This document shows, piece after piece, positions 25,105 to 32,000 of a stretch of DNA of 32,000 nt. Numbering within the stretch: position 1 is the stretch's first letter; each line of letters starts with the position of its first letter. The stretch is from Acaryochloris marina MBIC11017 (GTDB taxonomy: Bacteria > Cyanobacteriota > Cyanobacteriia > Thermosynechococcales > Thermosynechococcaceae), in NCBI RefSeq assembly GCF_000018105.1, contig NC_009925.1, positions 240,001-272,000 on the forward strand, in the 5' to 3' direction. The translations under genes and the position numbers were made by a program. The notes under the pieces were generated by a model. It was not told the DNA's origin. It did no database searches and saw nothing but the letters and a program-made list of their open reading frames with translations.

Positions 25105-26415
25105 TCAAATGATCTGGACTGTGGGGCCCACAAAGCTACCAAACGTGGGGCTGGTTACTTCTGGGTCGATGTTTAATGAGCTCTCTGCCCCGTCAATTTG
25201 GATGCGGACAAAATATTCTCCTGGTTTTACATCGTCCACTTCAACTGTGATGGACTGATTATCAGTCGTTCGGTGAGACGCTTCAAATAAATAGGCGGCT
25301 GGATGTTCAACCGTTCGTTCATTCAGGATGAGCGTGACCTGTTGCAGGCTAGCGATGGTAACGTCCGTTGTGATTTGAATCGCAGCAGACCGAAGTTCTT
25401 CTTCTTGGCCTTGGGTAATGGTGACGGCTAGGTCAATGATGGTGGGTCGCAACAAAAAGGGAGAAGCATTAGAGACCATTCCGACTTGGTGGTTTGGAGC
25501 CACTAAGGCAGCTCTGGCAGAACGCCAAGCTCCAGGTCGGTTTGGTGTGGGGGTTTGCGATTGATGGACCACCTGCAAACTTTGGACTCCAGCCCGGAGG
25601 CTATGGGTGGGCAAACGAACCAGAGGCAGCAGCAGCTCTCCTTCACTCACCTGGGAAGGAGTAACTTCCACGGCCCCAATCCGGATACCGGTATGATTTC
25701 CCTGCAGCCGTTTGCCCCGAATTAATAGGGTAGAATCGGCCACAATTGGCTCAAATTTACCAGTCATTGACGCAATCTCCGTGATCAGGGGCTGGCCGGA
25801 GAAGGGGGCAACAGCTAAGCCTCGACTGGCCACAGGCAGGGCTTTTTGGGCTGGAGTCTGGCCTTCGATCATGATCACTGTACTGCGGTAGGCCATCGAC
25901 AGGGCATAGGGGGTCTGAAAGAAGACCGACCAGACTTTGGAGAGATCTTCTAAGGACATATCCATAGGTTTAAAGTTAATCTCTTCCACCTGCTGCCATA
26001 GATCAGATTCAGCTAGGTATTCGTAATTAGAGTCGGAAAGGGTCTCTTGAATCATCTCCTCCCGCACCACCTGGGCATCGCTAAGGGAGCGGACGACGCT
26101 ACCTAATAAGCGTTGGGGTTCTAGCTCGACTTCGTTACCATAGACGCTAATCATATAGTGTAGGTCTAGGGCAGTGCGTGATCGCTTAGCCGTATCGCTA
26201 TGACGATGCCGACCTCGATGATCGGTATTGTTCCAGGCTGTATTTAGGGCGGTTTGATAGAGGTAAATATTGACCCCAGAAACAGGTGTGCCCTTACCGA
26301 TGTCGGCGGGACGCAGGGTGGTGACCCTGGCTCCTTCTACATCCTCTTGAATGGCCGCTTGCAAGGTCCGTTGGAGGACCGCAGTTACGGTTGCGATCGC
26401 AAGAAAGTTACTCAT
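25105..26415 (-). CDS. long DUF4255 (Pvc16_N-like) protein with C-terminal beta-sandwich (IPT/Ig-like) extension
   Basis: The N-terminus MSNFLAIATVTAVLQRTLQAAIQ, with VNIYLYQT and HYMISVYG, is the DUF4255 pattern. The C-terminal half has IPT-like strings (LLIRGKRLQGNHTGIRIGAVEVTPSQV and YFVRIQIDGAES). Confidence 0.8.
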   Translation of the reverse strand: MSNFLAIATVTAVLQRTLQAAIQEDVEGARVTTLRPADIGKGTPVSGVNIYLYQTALNTAWNNTDHRGRHRHSDTAKRSRTALDLHYMISVYGNEVELEPQRLLGSVVRSLSDAQVVREEMIQETLSDSNYEYLAESDLWQQVEEINFKPMDMSLEDLSKVWSVFFQTPYALSMAYRSTVIMIEGQTPAQKALPVASRGLAVAPFSGQPLITEIASMTGKFEPIVADSTLLIRGKRLQGNHTGIRIGAVEVTPSQVSEGELLLPLVRLPTHSLRAGVQSLQVVHQSQTPTPNRPGAWRSARAALVAPNHQVGMVSNASPFLLRPTIIDLAVTITQGQEEELRSAAIQITTDVTIASLQQVTLILNERTVEHPAAYLFEASHRTTDNQSITVEVDDVKPGEYFVRIQIDGAESSLNIDPEVTSPTFGSFVGPTVQII

Positions 26416-26425
26416 TCACCTAACC

Positions 26426-27103
26426 TTAGGGGGTAACCAAACCCAGCTTCAGGGCTTTGACAATCGCCTGGGAGCGACTTTTAACCTCAAGCTTTTCAAA
26501 CACGGCGGTTAGGTGGGCTTTCACCGTTGCGATCGTAATGTGTAAGTGATTTGCGATCGCTTGATTTGATGCCCCCTGAACCAGCCAATGGAGCACCTGC
26601 TTTTCCCGCGCCGTCAGATGGAGGGTCTGCTCCGATTGAACAGCCCGACCTTCATAGAAATGAAAAGATCGGAAAAATCCAGTTGCCGCATCCGGTGGCA
26701 AAAACACCTCATTCTTCAGCACTGTTTGAATGGCTTGATGCAAATTCATAGCTAACTGAGACTTAAACACATAACCATCAGCCCCCGCTCGCATGGCCCG
26801 AAACACCCATTCATCTTCCTGATGGGCTGAAATCACGAGAATCTTGCCGGTGTAGTTCTGCTGTCTGAGATGTTGTAGAGCGGCGACCCCGTCATCTTTC
26901 GGCAGTTCCAAGTCTAGAAACAGCAAGGTTGGATGTTGTTCCAACGCCAAACTAATCGCCTGATCGGCTGAGGCTGCCTCACCCACAATATGAAACTGGA
27001 ACGATTCTTGGGCTTGGTAAAACCCCAGTAATGTTCGCAATCCCTGGCGAAAGGTGGGCTGATCATCCGCTAAAACGACGGATAGCGGCTGAGTACTTCT
27101 CAT
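26426..27103 (-). CDS. NarL/FixJ-family response regulator (REC plus LuxR-type HTH)
   Basis: The REC domain shows VVLADDQPTFRQGL, an acceptor Asp context (LLFLDLELPKDDG) and a conserved Lys (YVFKS). The C-terminal LuxR HTH is LTAREKQVLHWLVQGASNQAIANHLHITIATVKAHLTAVFEKLEV. The ATG at 27103 has a GGGGGA SD 7 nt upstream, and the ORF-track TTG is at 27109. Confidence 0.9.
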   Translation of the reverse strand: MRSTQPLSVVLADDQPTFRQGLRTLLGFYQAQESFQFHIVGEAASADQAISLALEQHPTLLFLDLELPKDDGVAALQHLRQQNYTGKILVISAHQEDEWVFRAMRAGADGYVFKSQLAMNLHQAIQTVLKNEVFLPPDAATGFFRSFHFYEGRAVQSEQTLHLTAREKQVLHWLVQGASNQAIANHLHITIATVKAHLTAVFEKLEVKSRSQAIVKALKLGLVTP

Positions 27104-27123
27104 GGTCAAATCCCCCGATAATT

Positions 27124-28284
27124 CTAATTGTTGGACTCTTGTGGCAAACTAATTGAAAATTGAGCACCGCCTTCTGGCAAATTAGATGCCCACAGCCGAC
27201 CCCGATGACGACAAACGATTTGCTGTGCGATCGCTAATCCTAAACCTCGCCCTCCTTGCCGTCGTGAGTAATAAGGGGAAAACATGCAGCACAAATCTTC
27301 CGATGATAATCCCGGTCCTTGATCCCTGACCTCGATCAAGATTTCGGTTTGGAATCGCTGCCAAGTGAGCGTAATCTGACCTCCTTGGGGGCTAAAATGC
27401 AGAGCATTACTCAGTAGATTGTCGAAAACTTGCAGCATTTGCCAACGATCTATCCAAACGACCTCAGACGTTTGTGGATAGCAAATCTCCATGCCCTGAC
27501 TTTGCAGGTGGGGTTGAAGAGCGCGGATATTCTCCGCCACCAAATCATGTAAATTACATGGTTCAACAAGGGGGGAGTCCTCCTCTTCGTCATCCACCAA
27601 ATCCTGGAGATGATGATGGAGTTGTTTAACGGCCTGTTGCAACGGTACTAGATAGTTCTGACCGTTTTGGGGGGTTGTTTTAACTTGCAACATGTCAGCA
27701 TAAAGGGTGATGAGTGACAATGGCGTCCCCAATTGATGAGTGGTCTGGTGAAGATGCTGTTGTTTAGCTAAGAGCGCGGCTCGCTGTTGATTAAAGGCCA
27801 AATGCAGATCAAAATAGTCACTCATTAACAGAATTTGTCGTTCTATCCATTGCCGTTCCGACGTCGTTAACGGAGACTGGGAGACAAATAAAAGGTACTG
27901 CCCCTGATGCTGACAAAGGCAGCTACTGTAGACTTGCCAGTCTTGATAAACCCAGTGTTGTAAACCGGGTTGAGTAGATACAAGAGCAAATTGAGAAAAT
28001 AGATTCGGGGATGCTAGGAGATCCTTGAGAGAAGTGCGGTTGTGAGCAGCCGTGAGTATATCCTGCGGTACACAACCATCTACCTCCATCCCAATCTTTA
28101 GCTGATGCCCCAACCCCCGCCGTAAAATCCAAGCGATGGGGAGGGATAAATAATCAATAATTAAATCTAAAAAATCCTGGCAATGCTGATTTAAATCGAT
28201 GGTTGAGAAGGATTGGCGACGGTCTGGAAGCTTTTCCAGACCAAAAGACCCATTGCTTAGAGTTATGGGTTGATCAACCTGCAT
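27124..28284 (-). CDS. soluble sensor histidine kinase (N-terminal cytoplasmic sensor domain, HisKA, HATPase_c)
   Basis: The H-box is TTHQLGTPLSLITLYADML. Other motifs are the N-box (FDNLLSNALHF), G1 (VRDQGPGL) and G2 (GGRGLGLAIA). I see no convincing TM helix in the first ~170 aa, which may be GAF/PAS-like, though that part is inference. Confidence 0.88.
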   Translation of the reverse strand: MQVDQPITLSNGSFGLEKLPDRRQSFSTIDLNQHCQDFLDLIIDYLSLPIAWILRRGLGHQLKIGMEVDGCVPQDILTAAHNRTSLKDLLASPNLFSQFALVSTQPGLQHWVYQDWQVYSSCLCQHQGQYLLFVSQSPLTTSERQWIERQILLMSDYFDLHLAFNQQRAALLAKQQHLHQTTHQLGTPLSLITLYADMLQVKTTPQNGQNYLVPLQQAVKQLHHHLQDLVDDEEEDSPLVEPCNLHDLVAENIRALQPHLQSQGMEICYPQTSEVVWIDRWQMLQVFDNLLSNALHFSPQGGQITLTWQRFQTEILIEVRDQGPGLSSEDLCCMFSPYYSRRQGGRGLGLAIAQQIVCRHRGRLWASNLPEGGAQFSISLPQESNN

Positions 28285-28786
28285 AGCCGCCCCCCATCCC
28301 CATCCAGTAATTATAAAAAATAATAAAACGAGTGAGCGCTTGTTTTATGATTGAAAATTTCACAATTGAAGCAAGGCTGGAGTGAGTTTTCTCCCCCATC
28401 ACATTTCCACACTTAGTAATAAATCTCATAACCAAACCACTCGCACTCATAAATCAGCCTACGGCTTTCTATTCAAATTCCCCTCGGTATTTAGATTCTT
28501 TTAAGTCCCTTAAAAATGAGGCTAATCCTCCTGGTAAATATTTAAAAATATGAGGATCTTGCTTTCGCATGAAACCAATACAAAAGCGTTTGGAGAGTAG
28601 AATACCCAGTTATAGACTTTTTGGAATCAGTTTATTTTTTATTCTAAAAAGGATAAAATTCGTGGCTTAACGACTCCTTCAGATAATCGTGGGAGATTGT
28701 TTATTGACAAAGTCCTCCATAGCAATAAATCATTAGAGGTTATGGCATGGATAGGTCATTTGGGGGCTTAACTTTTTTATTTTGGC

Positions 28787-28827
28787 ATGAGGTAAAACTT
28801 AAAATGCTTCAGTTTTACCTCACTTTT
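28787..28827 (+). promoter_or_regulatory. conserved box, copy A, with a perfect 12-bp hairpin in the divergent control region of the eCIS locus
   Basis: TGAGGTAAAACT (28788..28799) is the exact reverse complement of AGTTTTACCTCA (28811..28822), with an 11-nt loop and a following CTTTTT. The 27-mer at 28801..28827 recurs at 22509..22535 with 25 of 27 identities. Confidence 0.55.
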
Positions 28828-29053
28828 TCCCAGAGATTAGTAAAGAAATATTTAGTTTTTTGATTTTTCCCAACTGGCATCGATAAAAGTCTTATTTACT
28901 TGAGTCTTTCAATATTTCAGGAAAAAAACTTGTGCTAGGTGGCTATTTATAAATGGTGCAGCCTAAGGAAGACAATAATTCCGACCTAAGTCTAATAACG
29001 ATATATTTCGTAACTCCTTACTGTAGAGCTGTGCTCCCTCATGGCGCTCATTT

Positions 29054-29602
29054 ATGATTCCTGCTGTCACTCAAACCTTGGCAGAAATCCTGTCTGACGG
29101 AACGTCTTCCATCACGAAGGACCAAATATTTTTCAACCACCCCAAAGTGGAACAGGAGATGGCAGTTGGGGTAAACCTTTACTGTTATGACGTTCGTGAA
29201 AGCTATCCTTGCCTCCCAACCGGTTTACCTGGGGAAGAAGGGTCTGAAGCAAAACAGACCAAGCCCTTAAAGTGGTTTGATATTTCCTTCTTAGTTAGTG
29301 CCTGGGATTTTACTGCTTTAGGAGAGCAACATTTGCTCTCAGAAGTCCTGATGCTTTTATCCCGTTATTCTTTCTTACCCCTCGAATATTTATCTCCAGT
29401 TTTGCAAGGCTACGGCCGTTTGCCCATGAGAGTTTCGACTGGACGATTAGGAGACCCGATCGAACTCTGGCATGCCTTGGGTGCTCCCCTGCGTCCGGCG
29501 CTACATGTCATCGTTACCATTCCGTTTCTTATCTCTGATCGAGCGTCTACTAATCCCAACCCCAGTAGGAATCATTGGTGTGAAAGCACGCCTATAAAGT
29601 AG
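29054..29602 (+). CDS. short DUF4255 (Pvc16_N-like) protein, first gene of the structural operon
   Basis: 182 aa. MIPAVTQTLAEILSDG..., VNLYCYDVRES, and WFDISFLVSAWD follow the DUF4255 pattern of an N-terminal helix, a LYDIRE-like motif, and a later aromatic/acidic strand. Confidence 0.8.
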   Translation: MIPAVTQTLAEILSDGTSSITKDQIFFNHPKVEQEMAVGVNLYCYDVRESYPCLPTGLPGEEGSEAKQTKPLKWFDISFLVSAWDFTALGEQHLLSEVLMLLSRYSFLPLEYLSPVLQGYGRLPMRVSTGRLGDPIELWHALGAPLRPALHVIVTIPFLISDRASTNPNPSRNHWCESTPIK

Positions 29603-29642
29603 TTCAAATTCTTACCCCGTATTGAATGGAGGAAGCTAGTCA

Positions 29643-31343
29643 ATGGCCCTGGATTATTTTGCCCCTGGCGTTTACGTCGAAGAAGTTGACCGAGGGAGTC
29701 GCCCCATCGAAGGTGTCAGTCTCAGTGTGGCCGGATTTATCGGCTTTACTGAAGACGTACGCGGAGATGCTGAATTGTTCCAGCCGATGATGATCACCAA
29801 TTGGGATCAATATCGGGAATTCTTTGCCAAACCTGGTTCAGACGGGTTTACGGATTATGATGCCTACTTACCTTTCGCCGTTCAAGGCTGGTTTCTGAAT
29901 GGGGGTGGGCGCTGTTGGGTAACGAGTATTGGCACCCAATTACCGGGCTCTGCTGCTCCAGATCCAGAAGAAGCCGGAACCTTATTACCCACCTTTAGTG
30001 GCCGACCTTCCTTAAAATTTAGCCTTAAACTACCTGAAGATTCAGGGGATGCTCCTGCACTCCCCTCTGGTGATGCCCGCATACAAGTGGCTATCTTTGA
30101 GAGCACGCCCAAGCCAGTGGACGACGATGAAGAGCCCCCTCTCAACTCTGGTGAATTCTTTACCGTTGTCGTGCGGCAAGGAGAAGAACAGCTGGAGATG
30201 TATGAACATCTGACCATGAATCCTGACGTTGACACGGCTGTTGCAGACTACGTCGTTACAGCTTTGGAAGAGTCTGAATTCGTTGCAGTTGCGAACCTCT
30301 CCCAATCTGGCCAAGCCCTATCTCGTCGCCCAGCCAATGGCGCTTTTGAAATAACCCCTCCACCCCAAATCTCCACCCCTGAAAGATTCCCTCGTGATCT
30401 GCAAGGCCAGCGGGATGACCGAACTGGGATGCAAGGGATATTCGAGATTGATGAAGTGGCGATGATTGCCTGTCCTGACCTAATGCGTGCCTACCAAAAT
30501 GGTCTGCTCGATCTGGACCAGGTTCATGGGGTCATGGAAATGATGGTCAGTCTATGTGAGAATTCCTTCCCTGGACCTGCTTACCGGATGGCTGTCCTAG
30601 ATCCCCCTCCTGTCAAAATTGGTAAAAATGACAACACCGCGGTTCCCCCAGAGCAACAGCGCCCCCAGCATGTCGCTCAGTGGCTCAATGAGTTTAATCG
30701 CCGCTCGATGTTTGGGGCCATCTATTATCCCTGGATCAAAGTCGCAAATCCACGCAATGGTGGACGCCCCATCATGGTGCCACCCTGCGGGCATATGATG
30801 GGAATTTGGTGCCGGACAGATGAGTCCAGAGGAGTGTTTAAAGCGCCTGCAAATGATACCCCAAGAGGCGTTATTGGCTTAGCCTACGAAACCAATATGC
30901 GGGAGCAGGAACTCTTAAACCCCAAAGGGATCAACTGTATTCGCAACTTTGCCAATTACAATCGTGGCTTTAAAGTTTGGGGAGCACGCACTCTGGTGGA
31001 ACCAGATAACGTCCAATGGCGTTATATCAGTGTCCGTCGTCTGATCAGCTATATCGAAAAATCCATTGAAATTGGCACCCAGTGGGTCGTTTTTGAACCC
31101 AATGATCAGGACCTATGGGCACGGATTACTCGAACCGTTAGTAACTTCCTAGAGCGGCTTTGGCGCGAAGGAGCATTGTTCGGAGCCTCTCCCTCCGAAG
31201 CATTCTATGTCAAATGCGATGGTGAATTAAATACCAATGAAACCATTATGTTAGGTCGGCTCTATGTCGAAGTGGGCGTCTGTCCAGTACGACCAGCAGA
31301 ATTCGTGATCTTCCGCATTAGCCAGTGGGCTCCGAATCAATAA
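29643..31343 (+). CDS. contractile tail sheath protein (phage tail sheath family; Afp2-4/Cis2-like)
   Basis: A GGAGGA SD lies upstream. The N-terminus YFAPGVYVEEVDRGSRPIEGVSLSVAGFIGFTE and the C-terminal region GINCIRNFANYNRGFKVWGARTL...WRYISVRRL are hallmark sheath motifs. Confidence 0.92.
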   Translation: MALDYFAPGVYVEEVDRGSRPIEGVSLSVAGFIGFTEDVRGDAELFQPMMITNWDQYREFFAKPGSDGFTDYDAYLPFAVQGWFLNGGGRCWVTSIGTQLPGSAAPDPEEAGTLLPTFSGRPSLKFSLKLPEDSGDAPALPSGDARIQVAIFESTPKPVDDDEEPPLNSGEFFTVVVRQGEEQLEMYEHLTMNPDVDTAVADYVVTALEESEFVAVANLSQSGQALSRRPANGAFEITPPPQISTPERFPRDLQGQRDDRTGMQGIFEIDEVAMIACPDLMRAYQNGLLDLDQVHGVMEMMVSLCENSFPGPAYRMAVLDPPPVKIGKNDNTAVPPEQQRPQHVAQWLNEFNRRSMFGAIYYPWIKVANPRNGGRPIMVPPCGHMMGIWCRTDESRGVFKAPANDTPRGVIGLAYETNMREQELLNPKGINCIRNFANYNRGFKVWGARTLVEPDNVQWRYISVRRLISYIEKSIEIGTQWVVFEPNDQDLWARITRTVSNFLERLWREGALFGASPSEAFYVKCDGELNTNETIMLGRLYVEVGVCPVRPAEFVIFRISQWAPNQ

Positions 31344-31346
31344 ATA

Positions 31347-31387
31347 CTTTAGGGCAGAAAGCGGTGCTCCTGCTTTCTGCCCTAAAG
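31347..31387 (+). terminator. perfect 16-bp stem-loop immediately after the sheath gene (attenuator or mRNA-stabilising hairpin, with no U-tract)
   Basis: CTTTAGGGCAGAAAGC (31347..31362) and GCTTTCTGCCCTAAAG (31372..31387) are exact reverse complements separated by a 9-nt loop. The hairpin starts 4 nt after the sheath stop. It is followed by CATATCC rather than a T-run. Confidence 0.55.
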
Positions 31388-31462
31388 CATATCCATTGGG
31401 ATTGATAGCCCCTTTGAAGCTCCATCGTTAATTTCATCGATCACTGAACAAGGAGAATAGCT

Positions 31463-31963
31463 GTGCCGAGTGAACTGAATAAACCCATTGCCCCCAGCAG
31501 TTTCTATCTAGAGATTTCTGGTGTTGCAGATGGCGAAAAATCTGTATTCAAAAGCGTAAATATTCCCGATTACTCGCCTAAAGTCCAGGGGGGACAACAG
31601 GCAGTGGGGACCACGAAAGGGGGAAAAACGGTTTGGCAAGTCAACTCCGCAGGTTTTGAAGGGTTATTCTCCTTCGACTGCATATGCATTGCCAGTGGAG
31701 ATGGCGATAGTACCAGTATGAATATGTATAAATGGTTTGAGCAATGTCTGCCCTCCTCCAGTGGTGGCAAAGGCAAGTGGGCCGATAACCAGAAAGAAGG
31801 CAGTATTACGGCCTACAACACAGATGGTGAAGAAGTGGCCAAATGGCAGTTTAGTGAAGCTTGGCCGTCTAAGTACAAATGTGCAGACTTAGATGTTACT
31901 GCCGATAGCTATATAGAAGAAACCTACACCATCACTTGCGAGAAGTTTAACCGGACAAAATAG
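31463..31963 (+). CDS. contractile tail tube protein (T4 gp19-like; Afp1/Cis1-like)
   Basis: GTG start with an AAGGAGA SD about 7 nt upstream. 166 aa. SFYLEISGV...FKSVNIPDYS...GSITAYNTDGEEVAKWQFSEAWPSKY...ETYTITCEKF fits the gp19-like tube pattern, and the gene sits directly after the sheath gene. Confidence 0.85.
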   Translation: MPSELNKPIAPSSFYLEISGVADGEKSVFKSVNIPDYSPKVQGGQQAVGTTKGGKTVWQVNSAGFEGLFSFDCICIASGDGDSTSMNMYKWFEQCLPSSSGGKGKWADNQKEGSITAYNTDGEEVAKWQFSEAWPSKYKCADLDVTADSYIEETYTITCEKFNRTK

Positions 31964-32000
31964 TGCCGCTTGCTTCTCGTTAGATCTAGCACAATAGTGT

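Noticed and set aside
29882-30314. Two minus-strand ORFs (117 and 90 aa) inside the sheath gene
   Set aside because: They run antisense to a confidently identified sheath gene and have low-complexity Ser/Gly/Pro composition.
1-32000. CRISPR arrays, rRNA or tRNA genes, and toxin-antitoxin-like small gene pairs
   Set aside because: I saw no regularly spaced direct repeats, rRNA-like segments or cloverleaf candidates in the intergenic regions I read through. This is visual inspection only, so tRNAscan-SE, Infernal and a CRISPR finder should confirm it.

Overview
This 32 kb window looks like cyanobacterial chromosome, because I located at least nine copies of the HIP1 octamer GCGATCGC. All family calls below come from motif recognition by eye; no searches were run.

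Left part (1-12.8 kb), a mosaic of accessory and housekeeping genes:
- A P4-type tyrosine integrase module with a Xis-like small gene and one unknown gene.
- Two tandem secreted DUF1400-like paralogs.
- An orphan XdhC-family gene and an M23 peptidase.
- An AT-rich segment carrying an orphan zinc-ribbon membrane protein.
- An intact IS5-family element with 17-bp inverted repeats and a TAA target duplication.
- An EamA transporter, and a ureidoglycolate-lyase-like gene overlapping a KirBac-type potassium channel gene.

Right part (12.9-32 kb), one arm-to-arm contractile injection system locus (eCIS, phage-tail-like), cut off by the window end:
- The plus-strand structural operon begins with a short DUF4255 protein, then tail sheath, then gp19-like tube.
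- The divergent minus-strand gene string is tightly packed as far as the ATPase. It runs soluble histidine kinase, NarL-type response regulator, long DUF4255 protein, two small unknown ORFs, Afp15/Pvc15-like AAA+ ATPase, three large candidate cargo proteins, and a translationally coupled SAM-methyltransferase/TPR protein.

Most interesting observations:
1. The three cargo candidates share a ~75-aa N-terminal leader. Two carry DUF4157 (HExxH), and all three have unrelated C-terminal modules. One C-terminal module is Gly-zipper membrane-like, one is possibly an alpha/beta hydrolase, and one is a strongly AT-rich, apparently foreign cassette.
2. A dedicated two-component system forms the first cistrons of the assembly/cargo operon.
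3. A 27-nt box (25/27 identical) with an associated hairpin occurs in the divergent control region and again just upstream of the cargo block.
4. An IS1-family element with an A7 frameshift site and a perfect 11-bp target duplication sits 52 nt upstream of the second cargo gene.
5. A perfect 16-bp stem-loop lies between the sheath and tube genes.
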